Position numbers and translations under genes: made by a program. Shown here in pieces: positions 27,181 through 38,020 of a DNA stretch of 64,000 nt. How positions within the stretch are numbered: the first letter of the stretch is position 1; each line of letters opens with the position of its first letter. Under the pieces are notes generated by a model that saw only the letters and a program-made list of their open reading frames with translations, was not told the DNA's origin and made no database searches. The DNA is from a virus, in the IMG/VR virus record IMGVR_UViG_3300036819_000087, positions 32,001 through 96,000 of that record, one strand, 5' to 3'.

Positions 27181-27745
27181 CCCGACACGCCGGCCCGGTC
27201 CGGTCTTCTGGCGGGCCGGCGGGCTAGCCGGCCATGATGTGCGGTGACGAAAGGAGGCTGGCCCGGATAAACGAAAACGCGCCCCCGATAGGGGCGCGCT
27301 GACAACTCGATACCTCTGGACCCCAGCCCGTGTGGTTGGCGCCGCGAGCGGCTGGTGGCCCGGTTTCCCATCCGATCTGGCTTGGCCCGTCGGGGCTTTG
27401 CAATGCCTGGAAGGCGCTGCCACGATAACACGCCCGCCGCGCCGGGGTGAAGCATGCCCCGCCGCCTATTACCCGCGCGTGTCGCGCGGGCCGCCCACCG
27501 CGCCCCGACCCATCTCTCGAGAGAGCTTTTGTCCGGTCTGGGTGCGTGGGGAGCTCGAAGGCGCGGCGCGGTGTGCCGTGACCTCCTTGCCTCGTGCCCC
27601 CGTAGTGGTTGGTCAGTGCCCCAGTTCTGGGGTGTGCCGCGGGGACACCAGCGGCGGGAAACGGCGACGGCACACGTGCCAGCCCCCGGTGATCTTGGGG
27701 GGAGGAGGGGGGGTGTGCCAGAGCCAAGGGCCACCCCACCACCCC

Positions 27746-27782
27746 TTGCGACTGTAATAAACTTGAGCTATGTTTACTACAG
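27746..27782 (+). promoter_or_regulatory. Promoter overlapped by 11-bp inverted repeat
   Basis: TTGCGA...TATGTT; CTGTAATAAAC-N9-GTTTACTACAG (one mismatch). Confidence 0.65.
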
Positions 27783-27803
27783 CAACCGAGGAGAGGACCC
27801 CCG

Positions 27804-28136
27804 ATGATCACAGACGAGACACTCGAACGGCTCCGCGAGGACGCCACGCTGGCGCGGAACACGCCGCTGGCCACCCGCTGCGGGCAGGCCCTGCGCGGCG
27901 ACACCGCCGCCCGCCAGTCCATCGAGGAGGCCCTCACCGGGACGCCCCGGCCGGCCACCCTGTTCATCACCACCACCACCGGCCAGTTCGGCACCCTCGC
28001 CGCCTACATGGCGCGGGCCGCGATCTCCACCCAGCCCAGCACCTGCGACGACGAAGTCACGGTCGCTTTCCGCGCCACCCCCGACCAGGTCGCCGACCTG
28101 ACCGCGCTCGGTTTCACCGTGGAAGGCGGGGCCTGA
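27804..28136 (+). CDS. Hypothetical protein
   Basis: GCAACCGAGGAG upstream; GC3 bias. Confidence 0.7.
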   Translation: MITDETLERLREDATLARNTPLATRCGQALRGDTAARQSIEEALTGTPRPATLFITTTTGQFGTLAAYMARAAISTQPSTCDDEVTVAFRATPDQVADLTALGFTVEGGA

Positions 28137-28138
28137 CT

Positions 28139-28699
28139 ATGTACGACATCGAGATCCGCACCGTCCGCGCCGACCCGGCCACCGCGATCAAGGGCCCCCA
28201 GGGCTGCGACCTCGCCACCATGGTCAACCTCGCCGGCGACACCGTGTACGGCGGGACCAGCGTCTATGTGACCGCCGTCTACCCCGAAGACTGGAACGAC
28301 GCCTACCTCGCCGGCGCGCCCGTGCCCTACCTGTGGGCCGGGGTCGGCCTCGTTGAGACCCCCGGTGAAGACAGCCCCAGCGGCATCCCCGCCCACGCCG
28401 CGATCTGGTGGGATGAGGTCGGCGGTGACGGTGTCCTGATCGGCGGCTACCCCGGCATCCACGAGACCATGGCCATGGCCCAGGTGCTCGGGCTCGCTGC
28501 CCGGATCGGCGACGACGCCGAGGAAACCTTCCACCATGAGGGTGGCGACGGCATCCCCTGCGGGGCGATCCCGGGCGGTCTGCTGCCGTACTACCCGGCC
28601 GAGCCGTGTGTGCGGCGGGACAGCCACCTCAGCGACCACGAAGACAAGGAAGGCCGCCACTGGGGCAACGGCCACGAGTGCGCGGCGGTGTCCCAGTGA
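28139..28699 (+). CDS. Hypothetical protein
   Basis: MYDIEIRTVRADP...; coupled to neighbours. Confidence 0.65.
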   Translation: MYDIEIRTVRADPATAIKGPQGCDLATMVNLAGDTVYGGTSVYVTAVYPEDWNDAYLAGAPVPYLWAGVGLVETPGEDSPSGIPAHAAIWWDEVGGDGVLIGGYPGIHETMAMAQVLGLAARIGDDAEETFHHEGGDGIPCGAIPGGLLPYYPAEPCVRRDSHLSDHEDKEGRHWGNGHECAAVSQ

Positions 28700-29337
28700 C
28701 CCGGCGGGTGGTGTCGGTCAGCCTGCCCGAGGACGTGGCGGTCCGCCTGGAAGCCGCGCTGGCCCGCCGCAAGGCCGACGGGCGGGAAACCGAGCGGAGC
28801 GCGTTCGTGGTCGAGGGGCTCCGTGGGCACCTCGACCGGGATGAGCGCGGCGACCGGGCGACCAGGTCGGCCGTTGAGGTTGTGGCCGGTGCGGACCTGA
28901 TCGTCCCAGCCGGGGCCGACACGCTCCGCCGTCACGCCTACCGCATCATCGTCCGGGAGGTCGTACAGCGATCCGAGGCCGGGCACGTGCATGTGTTCGG
29001 ACGCAGGTACCGGCTCGACGGTTCCCCGTCCCGGCGGGACCGGTCACCGAACCTGTACGCCATCCTTGACCCAACCCGTCTCCTGCCCGCCCCCCACCGA
29101 GACCGAGGCAACGTCATGACCGCCAGCATCGGGCCGTTCCCGCTCGACCTGGACGACGACGGCCGCTACGACCCCCGCCGCCCGTTCCGGGCGCTCAGCG
29201 CCGACCAGACCAGTACCGGTTGGGGGACCGCTCGCGCCGCCGCTCGCGCCCTCGGGAAGGATGGCGGCGCGGTGTACGTGTGGCGGCCCGTCGAAGGCCG
29301 ATGGAACCGGTACGAGACGGTACCCGCCGATGACTGA
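28696..29337 (+). CDS. CopG/RHH-domain protein (possibly two fused ORFs)
   Basis: VVSVSLPEDVAVRLEAAL...RSAFVVEGL. Confidence 0.6.
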   Translation: MTRRVVSVSLPEDVAVRLEAALARRKADGRETERSAFVVEGLRGHLDRDERGDRATRSAVEVVAGADLIVPAGADTLRRHAYRIIVREVVQRSEAGHVHVFGRRYRLDGSPSRRDRSPNLYAILDPTRLLPAPHRDRGNVMTASIGPFPLDLDDDGRYDPRRPFRALSADQTSTGWGTARAAARALGKDGGAVYVWRPVEGRWNRYETVPADD

Positions 29338-29782
29338 AGCCCTGGTGCGTCCCCGGAGGCGGCCCTGCCGGACCTGCCCCTACCGGCGGGACGTGCCGCC
29401 GGGGATCTGGTCAGCCGAGGAATACGCGAAGCTGCCCCGCCACGACGGGGACGTGCCTGACCAGGCGATGGCCGGCGCGGATGGCCTGTTCTTCTGCCAC
29501 ACCGGGGACGGGTTCCTGTGCGCCGGGTGGGTCGGCTGCCACGACATGATCAGCCAGTTCGCGGTCCGCATCCATGCCCGGTTCCTCGACCTGCCCGCCA
29601 TCTACGACTACGTGTCCCCGGTGCCCCTGTTCAAGTCGGGGGCTGAGGCGGCGCTCCACGGCATCTCGAAGATCACCGACCCGGCGGCGGTGCGGGCCGC
29701 GCAGCGGTACGTGCTGCGGTTCGCGGCCCGCCGCGTCGCTCTCAAGGAAGACAACCGGAACAACCGAGGAGACCAGCAGTGA
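29330..29782 (+). CDS. DUF6283-like Cys-rich protein
   Basis: PCRTCPYRRDVPPGIW...FFCH...CAGW. Confidence 0.7.
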   Translation: MTEALVRPRRRPCRTCPYRRDVPPGIWSAEEYAKLPRHDGDVPDQAMAGADGLFFCHTGDGFLCAGWVGCHDMISQFAVRIHARFLDLPAIYDYVSPVPLFKSGAEAALHGISKITDPAAVRAAQRYVLRFAARRVALKEDNRNNRGDQQ

Positions 29783-30177
29783 AGTACGCCATCGAGCGGT
29801 GGCGGTCGCCACGTCGCCGCACCGACAAGCCCCTGTCCCACACCGAAGCGGTCGACGTGCTCCGCAAGGGCAGCGACATCCAGGTCCTCGCCGTGTACGG
29901 GCAGGGGGAGGAGAAGCCAGCCGGGCGGCCGATCCCCGGCCTGGAAGCCGCCGTCGGCCACGCCCCCGCCGAAGGCCGGATCGACCCGCGCCTGTACCCG
30001 GTGATGGTCCAGTTCCCCGCCGGTGTGCAGTACGGGACCGGGCTGAACCACACCGCCCGCGAGGCCATGGCCCAGGCCGATGTGCTCCGCAAGGCGGCCC
30101 GGGCCGCCCTGGACGCCTACCCCGACGAGAACGAGGTGATCGCCGGCGAGATGGACGAGGCCAGCGACGGCGCCTGA
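29779..30177 (+). CDS. Hypothetical protein
   Basis: ACAACCGAGGAG upstream; hairpin downstream. Confidence 0.65.
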   Translation: MKYAIERWRSPRRRTDKPLSHTEAVDVLRKGSDIQVLAVYGQGEEKPAGRPIPGLEAAVGHAPAEGRIDPRLYPVMVQFPAGVQYGTGLNHTAREAMAQADVLRKAARAALDAYPDENEVIAGEMDEASDGA

Positions 30178-30203
30178 CCTCTCCCCGGGGGGTGGTTTCG
30201 CGG

Positions 30204-30242
30204 CCCCGGCCAGCCCTGTACAGGGCTGGCCGGGGCTGTTTC
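30204..30242 (+). terminator. Intrinsic terminator
   Basis: CCCCGGCCAGCCCTG-TA-CAGGGCTGGCCGGGG followed by ctgttt. Confidence 0.6.
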
Positions 30243-30348
30243 GTTACCTGTCTTGCGGCCAGATGCACCCCGAACGGGGGGACAGCGCAAGGTCCCCGCC
30301 CTATGCTGTGCTTTGCCTTGGTTCACAGCAATGGGGGGGACCTGTCCC

Positions 30349-31410
30349 ATGAATGCTACCGAGCCCAGTCCCGGTATGCGTACGAACGGCCACGGTGATC
30401 CGCGCCGGGCCCGGTGGCTGGCGTTCCGCGCTGACCATCCCGGCTGGCAGATCAGCCGGCACCCGGCCCGCGGCGGCTGGTCTTATACGGCGGTCGCCCG
30501 CCACCACGGCATGCAGCCGCCGGTGGCCCGGGCCCGCACGCTCGGCCAGCTCGGCGGGATGCTCGAACCGGACGGCATGATGCCGCTCGACGCTTCGGTG
30601 CCGAACGCGGCCCGCATCTACGACTACTGGCTCGGCGGGAAAGACAACTTCGCCGCCGACCGGGAAGTCGCCCGGCAGGTCCTGACCGCCCAGCCGGACG
30701 TGGCCCGCCTGGCCCGCGCGAACCGGGCGTTCACCACCCGCGCTGTCGAATGGGCGTGCCGGGGCGGTGTCGGCCAGGTCCTCGACCTCGGCGCCGGGAT
30801 GCCCACCGAAGCCCGCCACCTCGACGGCCGGCCCTCCCACGAATGGGAACCCACCCACGTCGCCGCCCAGTCCGGGTGGCCGGGGGCCCGCTGCCTGTAC
30901 ATCGACTATGACCCGGTCGTGGTCCGCCACATCTGGGCGATGTACCCCAACCCGGGTGACGGGCCGGTCCTGGTCGACGCGGCCGGGGGGGACCTGCGCG
31001 ACCCGGACGTGATCTGGTCGCTGGGCGCGGTCCGCACCATGCTCGACCTGGACCGGCCGCTGGTCCTGGTCCTGACCGCCGTCCTGCATTTCATGCCCCC
31101 CGACGTGGCCCGTGAGATCGTCGCCGCCTACGTTGACCAGCTCGCGGCCGGCTCTTACGTGGTCCTGTCCTCGTGCTGCGACGCCGCCGGGGGGGATGCG
31201 GTCACTGAGGCGTACAACACGAGCGACGCCCCCACCCTCCACAATTTCACCCGCGGCCAGATCGGTGATCTGCTGGACGGGCTCGTACCTGTAGTGCCGG
31301 GACTGGTCGCGGTTGACCGGTGGCTGCCGGGCTGGGACGAGCCGCGTCTGGCCACCGGTGGGCAGGCGGGTGTTCTCGCCGCGGTCGGCTGGAAAAAGCC
31401 ACCGCCGTAG
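30349..31410 (+). CDS. Actinobacterial SAM-dependent methyltransferase (Methyltransf_19 type) with N-terminal extension
   Basis: PNAARIYDYWLGGKDNFAADRE; QVLDLGAGMPT; YIDYDPVV; AVLHF. Confidence 0.9.
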   Translation: MNATEPSPGMRTNGHGDPRRARWLAFRADHPGWQISRHPARGGWSYTAVARHHGMQPPVARARTLGQLGGMLEPDGMMPLDASVPNAARIYDYWLGGKDNFAADREVARQVLTAQPDVARLARANRAFTTRAVEWACRGGVGQVLDLGAGMPTEARHLDGRPSHEWEPTHVAAQSGWPGARCLYIDYDPVVVRHIWAMYPNPGDGPVLVDAAGGDLRDPDVIWSLGAVRTMLDLDRPLVLVLTAVLHFMPPDVAREIVAAYVDQLAAGSYVVLSSCCDAAGGDAVTEAYNTSDAPTLHNFTRGQIGDLLDGLVPVVPGLVAVDRWLPGWDEPRLATGGQAGVLAAVGWKKPPP

Positions 31411-31910
31411 AGGCGCCCACGCGCGGGCTCTGCCGCCGGGAGCGTGCTGACCCGCGCGTGGGTCTCGGGCCTGGCCAGCCAGCGGAACGGCATTCCGCCG
31501 ACTCCACCCACCCACGGGAGCCTCTGACACAGGCCCGCGGGCTGGCCGGGCCCCACGGGTGAACCGCTTGTGCCCGGACAGGGCGCCGCGTATCGTCCGG
31601 GTTACGAGGCATCGACGGTGACCCCTTTACCCCAAGGGGGGGTTGTCCGCACGCCGCGCCGCTGAGGAAACGCGGGCCTCACACCTCAGCCGAGAAGGCC
31701 GCCAGTTACCCCCGTACTGGCGGCCTTCCGCCGTCGTTGTCACCCCCCGCCAGTACCGTCCGGGCCATGGATGCTCCCGCGCCGGTTCCCGTGGCCGACC
31801 TGGCCGACTTGGACACTGATGTCCTGTGCGGTGAGTGCGGGGCGCTGAAACGGTGGCGGCTCCGCGCCGTGCTGACCGGCTGCCCTGAATGCGACGTGGT
31901 GGTCGCGCGT

Positions 31911-32747
31911 CTACTGGCCGCCGCTGCCCGCCTGGTCCGGTGACGGGACCGGGGTGGGCTGGCCGTCCTGGCCACGGCCGCCACGGTGATGGCGGCCGTG
32001 CGGCTGGCCGAGGATGCCTCCGGCCCGGCCCCCGCCGTGGCGGCGGGTCCGGGACGGTGACGGCACCACGGCCGGGGTGGTGACCGAGACCGGCGGGGGC
32101 GGGGTGACCACCACCGGCGGCGGCGGGGCCGAGCTGGCTGGAGCCGCAGGGGTGACGACGGTGGCCGGCGGCGGCGCGGCGACCTGAACCGGCACCGGCA
32201 CCGGCACCGGTACGGGTACGGGCGGGACGGGGGTGGCCACGGCCGCGTTCACCCCCGCCGCCGAGGCCCGCCCCGTGCCTCTGGATGGGGCGGGGATCCG
32301 GGTCGCGGGGACGGGCGGGTCCAGCCAGCCGCCCACCTGCCCAGCCGAGGGCATCGCGGCGACCACTGGCCGGGAGATCACGTCCGGGGTGAGTGCGTAC
32401 ACGCCGCCGACCGTGGTCGCGACGGTGATACTGGCGGCGGCCACGGTCGCGCCAGTGTGCCGGGCGACCAGGCCACTGACCGCGAACGGGGCGGCGGCCA
32501 GGCCCGCCAGCGCGGACGGTACCGGGAACAGGTGCCGGTGGCCGGGCCGGCGATGCTGCCCGCCACGCTGCGGCGGGCCGGAGGCCTCGTCGTCGTCGAG
32601 GCCGTGGTGGGCTTCGCATTCCGCCCAGCCACGGTTGAACGCGGCCTGCAACTGGCCCGCGATGTCTTTCGCCGCCGCGCGTGCGCCAGCAAGGTCGGCC
32701 TGGAGCTGCCGCACCGTCGCGGCATTCTCGTCGGCGCCTGGTCCCAT
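31911..32747 (-). CDS. Membrane protein with Pro/Val-rich tail
   Basis: Coiled-coil N-terminus, hydrophobic centre, PVPVPVPVP repeats. Confidence 0.55.
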   Translation of the reverse strand: MGPGADENAATVRQLQADLAGARAAAKDIAGQLQAAFNRGWAECEAHHGLDDDEASGPPQRGGQHRRPGHRHLFPVPSALAGLAAAPFAVSGLVARHTGATVAAASITVATTVGGVYALTPDVISRPVVAAMPSAGQVGGWLDPPVPATRIPAPSRGTGRASAAGVNAAVATPVPPVPVPVPVPVPVQVAAPPPATVVTPAAPASSAPPPPVVVTPPPPVSVTTPAVVPSPSRTRRHGGGRAGGILGQPHGRHHRGGRGQDGQPTPVPSPDQAGSGGQ

Positions 32748-32860
32748 TCGGTCCCCCCAGGCAGGAAGGTGTCATCCACGTAAGCCCCCCGGCTTAGAGC
32801 AGAGCGTACACAGCTACCCGCGTGGCCGGCGGGGCGGGGGAGGTAACAGTAAAAGATCGT

Positions 32861-33682
32861 TTACGCGGATCGGAGGAGGCCAGGCCCGGGGGTCAGGGCT
32901 GGTGGGGCGCTCGCGGCGGCGTCCCGCATCCGCCACCAGGCCAGCCAGCCGACGAGTTCCTCATCGGGCATGCCGCCCTGCTTGTACAGCCACCAGCGGC
33001 GTTCCTCCTCGTTGTCCCGGAACCGGGGGAGGTCACCGTGCTGGGTCATTTCGTCGCGGACCAGTGCCTCGAACAGGGCGAGGGACTGGACACCGTTCAT
33101 CGCGACCACGGTCATCGGCCCGGCCGCGTCGCTGTCACCGGGCCGGGCCGGGGCGGGCGGGAACACCAAGGTAGTGATGTCGCCGTTGATGAACCGGCGG
33201 GCGGTGCCGGGGGCGAGCCCGTACGCCGAGTCGATGGCCAGGCCCTCCGCGGCGGGCAGCGCCCGGGTCTGCCGGTCCGGGTCGGCGATGACTTCCCGTT
33301 TGCCTTGCTCGGCCTCGGTGATCAGGGCCGGGTCGAGGGCGAACGTCGCGCACCACACGTCCCGTTCCCCGTAGCCGAGGTCGTTGCGGTGACACACCAG
33401 ATCGGTGCCGAACCGTTTCGCGGTGACCAGGTACGGGTGCCCGCCGGCGGCCACCCGGTCCGCTGAGCCGGGAACCCAGCCCAGGCCCGCTTCGAGTTGG
33501 CCGAGCGTTCCCGATGTGGGGGCAACCCGGTGCCCGTTCTGGAGTGCGCGGAGCGTCGCCGACGTGAGGCCGGTCAGTTCCGCGAGGTCCTCTTGCCGCA
33601 GCCCGAGAGCGCGGCGGTGCGTTCCGACGACACGCCCGAGAAGGCGGTAGTCGCGTGCCCCGTGTCTGTTCATCCGTCCCAT
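32861..33682 (-). CDS. XRE-family repressor
   Basis: RRALGLRQEDLAELTGLTSATLRALQNG...LEAGLGWVPGS; divergent from early arm. Confidence 0.8.
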   Translation of the reverse strand: MGRMNRHGARDYRLLGRVVGTHRRALGLRQEDLAELTGLTSATLRALQNGHRVAPTSGTLGQLEAGLGWVPGSADRVAAGGHPYLVTAKRFGTDLVCHRNDLGYGERDVWCATFALDPALITEAEQGKREVIADPDRQTRALPAAEGLAIDSAYGLAPGTARRFINGDITTLVFPPAPARPGDSDAAGPMTVVAMNGVQSLALFEALVRDEMTQHGDLPRFRDNEEERRWWLYKQGGMPDEELVGWLAWWRMRDAAASAPPALTPGPGLLRSA

Positions 33683-33828
33683 CCGTCCAGGTCACCGGCA
33701 CCCGTCCGGGTGCCTTCCGACCCCCCTCGGATACGCCCACGGTAAGTTTCCGCAGGTCATAACGTCAAGAGCGAAACCTTTGCGGCGAGGCTTGCGGTTG
33801 AACACGCCCCGACGCTAACCTTGCCGTC

Positions 33829-34170
33829 ATGACAGCTCCGACCAGCACCAACGGCCCGGCCGTCACCTTGACGCTCCGCGTCTTCCGCGAAAGATACAGC
33901 AAATTGCGCACCTGGGAGTTGCTGGCGGAACTGAAAAGGCGCGGCGTGGTCCGGTCGAAATCAACCCCGGCGTACGTGCGGAACGTTGAGGGCGGCTGGA
34001 AAAAGCCCGCCGCGGAAGTCCTCGACGCATGGCTCGACATCCTCGACCTGCCCGCCGCGTGGCTGGCCGTCCCCGGCGACTGGGGTGACCTGCTCGGCCA
34101 GGTGGCCGAGCTGCGGGCGGCCCGGCAGGAAGAGGAACAGGACCGGCAGGAAAAGGCCCTCGCGGCCTGA
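33829..34170 (+). CDS. Cro-like XRE regulator
   Basis: TPAYVRNVEGGWKKPAAEVLDAW; first gene of early arm. Confidence 0.7.
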   Translation: MTAPTSTNGPAVTLTLRVFRERYSKLRTWELLAELKRRGVVRSKSTPAYVRNVEGGWKKPAAEVLDAWLDILDLPAAWLAVPGDWGDLLGQVAELRAARQEEEQDRQEKALAA

Positions 34171-34298
34171 CCCTGCCCAGATACGGCGGTGCCCCCGCCG
34201 GGCAATGGCGGGGGCGACCGGGCGGCCAGCAGGCCGCACTAGAAGGGGCCACCAAACAGGTGACCCCCCGAGTGTAACGAAGGGGCACCAAGATCACC

Positions 34299-34886
34299 AT
34301 GACTCACCCGTCTTGCCCGAGGGGGGCACCCATGTTCCGCACGCGCCCGCAGCACTCCGCTGGATTCCGCCGCCGTGGGCGCCGCGCCGCACCAGCCCCG
34401 GCCCCAGCCCCGGCTCCTATGGTCGTCGTCCGGCCGGCTGAGGCGACCGCCGTGGACCTGTTCCAGATCCGCCCGTACATGCCGGCCGCGCCGAAGCCGG
34501 ACCCGCTCACCGACCCTGAACTCCCGATCACCGAATCGGCGGTCACGGCCCACGACTGTTCCCGGCAGCAGGTGCTCCGGTTGCGGTGCGGTGGCCCCGG
34601 CCCCACCGGGGACGGCTGCCTGGTGTCATCCGGCCGCGGATCAACCCGCAGCTTCGCCGCCGTGTACGGGTGGGCGTCAGCGGCCCGCTGGGCGCGGGAC
34701 GTGCTCGGCACCTGGACATGCCCCGAATGCCAGATGCTGCCGACGTGGCGGACCCCGTTCGGCCTGTCCCCCCTCGGCCGCAACGCCGCAGAGGCCGGCG
34801 CGGACGAGGCGTGCATCATCGAAGACGCCCACGCCGCCGCCGGCACCCCCGACCAGTTCGTCGCCGCGCTGAAGGCGGCGGCCTGA
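34299..34886 (+). CDS. Hypothetical Cys-containing protein
   Basis: WTCPEC; coupled to bet-like gene. Confidence 0.55.
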   Translation: MTHPSCPRGAPMFRTRPQHSAGFRRRGRRAAPAPAPAPAPMVVVRPAEATAVDLFQIRPYMPAAPKPDPLTDPELPITESAVTAHDCSRQQVLRLRCGGPGPTGDGCLVSSGRGSTRSFAAVYGWASAARWARDVLGTWTCPECQMLPTWRTPFGLSPLGRNAAEAGADEACIIEDAHAAAGTPDQFVAALKAAA

Positions 34887-34887
34887 C

Positions 34888-36207
34888 ATGACCACCACCA
34901 CCGAAGACCGCCCCACCGAGACCAGAGACGATGCCGCCGAGGCCACGGTCGCCGACGCGCTGGCCGGGACGGCCGCGCCGGATCCGCAGGCCGCTGTGGC
35001 GACCAGCGGCACCGGCAACGCCGCCATGGTCCTCCGCGACGACCAGACCGCCTGGACCGGCGCCCAGATCGCCATGCTCCAGGCGATGGGCGTCGGCGAG
35101 GACGTTCTCGACGCCGAACTCCAGTTGTTCCTCTACGAGTGCCAGCGGCGCCGCCTCGACCCGTTCGCGAAGCAGATCTACCTGATCGGCCGCAACGACC
35201 GGCAGGCCAACCGGAAGGTGTACCGGTCCCAGGTCAGCATCGACGGGTTCCGGCTGATCGCCCGCCGCGCCGCCGACAAGGCCGGCATCGAGTACGGGTA
35301 CGCCGACCACGGCACCATCTGGTACGACCGGGCCGGCCGGGAACACAAGATCTGGCTCAGCCCCGAACCCCCCGCCGGGGCCAAGGTCGTGGTCGTCCGC
35401 AACGGCATGACCTACGACGCCGAGGCCCGGTTCGAGGCCTACGCGGCCACGTTCCCCAGCGGCGACCTGATGTCCCAGTGGCGGTCCATGCCGGACGTGA
35501 TGATCGCCAAATGCGCTGAGGCGCTCGCGTTGCGCAAAGCGTTCCCCGAGGACCTCGGTGGCCTGTACACGGTCGAGGAGATGGAACAGGCCGACAACAC
35601 GGTCAGCTACTCCTTCGCAAGCGGCAGCACCGGCCGGCAGAACGCCGAACAGGGCCGGCAACAGGCCACCCGCACCAGCGGCGGCCAGCGCGGCCGGGGA
35701 CAGCAGGGCCAGCAGGGGCAGCGGTCCAAGTACAACCCGGACCCGGCCGCGCAGGTCAACCAGAAATGGCTGAACGACGCACGCGGGAACGCGCCCACCA
35801 TGGACGAGACCGCCCTCACCGCCCTGACCGAGGAAGGCAAAAGGCGGTACCAGGCTGGGGCGCTGACCGCCGACGACTCCACCGGGCTGCGCGACCTGAT
35901 CGCGGCGACCCGCGCCGACCTCCGCGCCGCCGCGCTGAAAGCCACCCAGCTCGACCCGTCCGACCCGTGGGCTGAGGCGATCGACGACATGACCACCCAG
36001 GAGGAAGCGGTCAGCCTCCGCACCCAGCTCACCGCGCAGCGCCGCCGCCGCGACAACCCCGACGGCATCGACAACGACCGCTACCAGCGGGTCATGCGGG
36101 CGATCAACGGCAAAGCGCAGATGCTCCTCAACGCCGAGCAGGCCACGGTCAAGACCGACGAGGCCGGGGTCGTCCAGGGCAAGGTCGAAGGCGAGGCGGC
36201 CGCGTGA
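34888..36207 (+). CDS. bet: Bet/RecT-family single-strand annealing protein
   Basis: LDPFAKQIYLI, QVSIDGFRLIA, WRSMPDVMIAKCAEALALRKAFP, GLYTVEEM. Confidence 0.92.
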   Translation: MTTTTEDRPTETRDDAAEATVADALAGTAAPDPQAAVATSGTGNAAMVLRDDQTAWTGAQIAMLQAMGVGEDVLDAELQLFLYECQRRRLDPFAKQIYLIGRNDRQANRKVYRSQVSIDGFRLIARRAADKAGIEYGYADHGTIWYDRAGREHKIWLSPEPPAGAKVVVVRNGMTYDAEARFEAYAATFPSGDLMSQWRSMPDVMIAKCAEALALRKAFPEDLGGLYTVEEMEQADNTVSYSFASGSTGRQNAEQGRQQATRTSGGQRGRGQQGQQGQRSKYNPDPAAQVNQKWLNDARGNAPTMDETALTALTEEGKRRYQAGALTADDSTGLRDLIAATRADLRAAALKATQLDPSDPWAEAIDDMTTQEEAVSLRTQLTAQRRRRDNPDGIDNDRYQRVMRAINGKAQMLLNAEQATVKTDEAGVVQGKVEGEAAA

Positions 36208-36638
36208 CCGTCCTCACCGGGCATATCCCGCTCGGGGCCGCGTTCACCGGCGACGACGGGCACGCCTACTCGATCGAGCGGATCCTCGACGACATCGGCG
36301 GCGCGGGCCTGGTCATGATCCGGCACACCACCGGGATGGTGTGCCGGATCGACCAGCGGGTCGACCACGCGGGCCACGGCGGGTGCGGGGCCTGGTACGT
36401 GGCCCCCGACAACACGGTCACCTGCGCGGGACTCCTCGCCCACCCCAAGGGCCCGTTCGAATGCAGCACCCGCCTGTTCCCGCTGTCGGCGGTGACCGGC
36501 CAGCCCGGCCACCAGCCGCCGGCGGGGACGGTGGTCCCGTTGTGGCCACCCGCCCCCCCGGCGTTCCCGCCGTTCACCGCCGACCCCGGCGACGGCCAGG
36601 CCGACGCGGACGACGACGCCCCGGCGGCGGCGTGACGC

Positions 36639-37154
36639 ATGGCCCTCTCTGTCGTTCCGGTCAGCCCCCGCGAGGCGGTCGCGTTCATCGCACTGTGGCA
36701 CCGCCACAACAAGCCGCCCCGCGGGTGCAAGTTCTCGCTCGGGGTCGCCGACGACCTCGGGGTGCTGCGCGGTGTCGCCATGGTCGGCCGCCCGGTCGCC
36801 CGCTTGTACGACGACGGCCTGACCCTGGAGGTCAACCGCACCAGCACCGACGGGGCGCGGAACGCCAACTCGATGATGTACGGGGCGGCGTGGCGGGCAG
36901 CTCGGGCGCTCGGTTACTGCCGGCTGGTCACCTACACCCACGCCGACTACTCCGGCCCCGTGTGCCCGGCCCCGTGCGCCCACTGGTCGTGCCTAGCCGT
37001 CCGGGTGGGTGAATCCGGGGCCAGTCTCCGGGCGGCCGGGTGGCGGATCGTCGCCCAGCGCACCCCCCATCACGGCTGGGACCGGCCAGCACGGCCCCGT
37101 GTCGACAGCGGCGGCGAGCTGATCCCGCGCACCTTGTGGGAGGCCACGGCGTGA
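36639..37154 (+). CDS. XF1762/Mom-like DNA-modifying acyltransferase
   Basis: HRHNKPP, GVAMVGRPVAR, LEVNR, SMMYGAAWRAARALGY, ESGASLRAAGW. Confidence 0.85.
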   Translation: MALSVVPVSPREAVAFIALWHRHNKPPRGCKFSLGVADDLGVLRGVAMVGRPVARLYDDGLTLEVNRTSTDGARNANSMMYGAAWRAARALGYCRLVTYTHADYSGPVCPAPCAHWSCLAVRVGESGASLRAAGWRIVAQRTPHHGWDRPARPRVDSGGELIPRTLWEATA

Positions 37155-38020
37155 CGCTCACCGTGCAAGAGCAGGCCGCGCGGCGGCGGGCACGACTCAC
37201 CGAGCTGGTCGCCGCCGGCCTGTACGCCGAAACGATCCGGGACATCCCCCGGACCTGCCTGTGCCCGTGGGACGGGCCCCGCGTCAACGACCCCGCCCAC
37301 TACATCCGGATCGGCTGGACCCCAGCGTGCCCGATCGCCATGCATCACACCGGCCCGCCCAAGGCGGCGGCGGCCTGATGGATGAGAAGACACGCCGCGA
37401 AATCTTCGCCTGTGCCCGCCCCGGATGCGGCCTGCCCGAGGACGCACACAAAAACCCGGTCGGCACCGACGCGGAGCTTCTCGGCGCGCTCACCGCGCTC
37501 GGCGGGGCCTGCGACCACTACGTCCTGTCTGACCGTGCTCTCCAGTACCAGGCCCATCTGAACATCGCCGGCCGCGACCCCGCCCCGCGGTACGGCGGCC
37601 CCCGTCCCAAACGGGGCCGTCTGTGCGGGCGGTGCGGCCAGCGGGGCCACAAGCCCGAGAACTGCGTGATCTCCCCCGGCACACCCGGCCGGCCACCCGA
37701 GTCGATAAGGAACCGGAACCAATGACCACCACCAGCGGCGCCACCCACCGTGCCGAGCTCCGCGCCGCCGCCCGCGCCCGGGTCGGCTGGTGCTCCGCCG
37801 ACCTGGCGCTGCTCCCCGATCAGGAACGCGGCAGCGCCGCCCTGGCCGCCCGGGCGGTCGTCGCCGACGGCTACACCCGCGGCCAGGACGCCGACGACCC
37901 GGTGATCCTCGGTGTCCTCGAAGCGATCGGCCTGCGCGCCTACCCCCCCGGTACCCCACCCAGCCCGAAAGCTGACCCGGGCAAGGCCCCGCCGATCCTG
38001 TACAACCGGCCCGGTCAGCG

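Noticed and set aside
32186-32235. ACCGGC hexamer repeat
   Set aside because: Encodes a Pro-Val linker; ordinary low complexity
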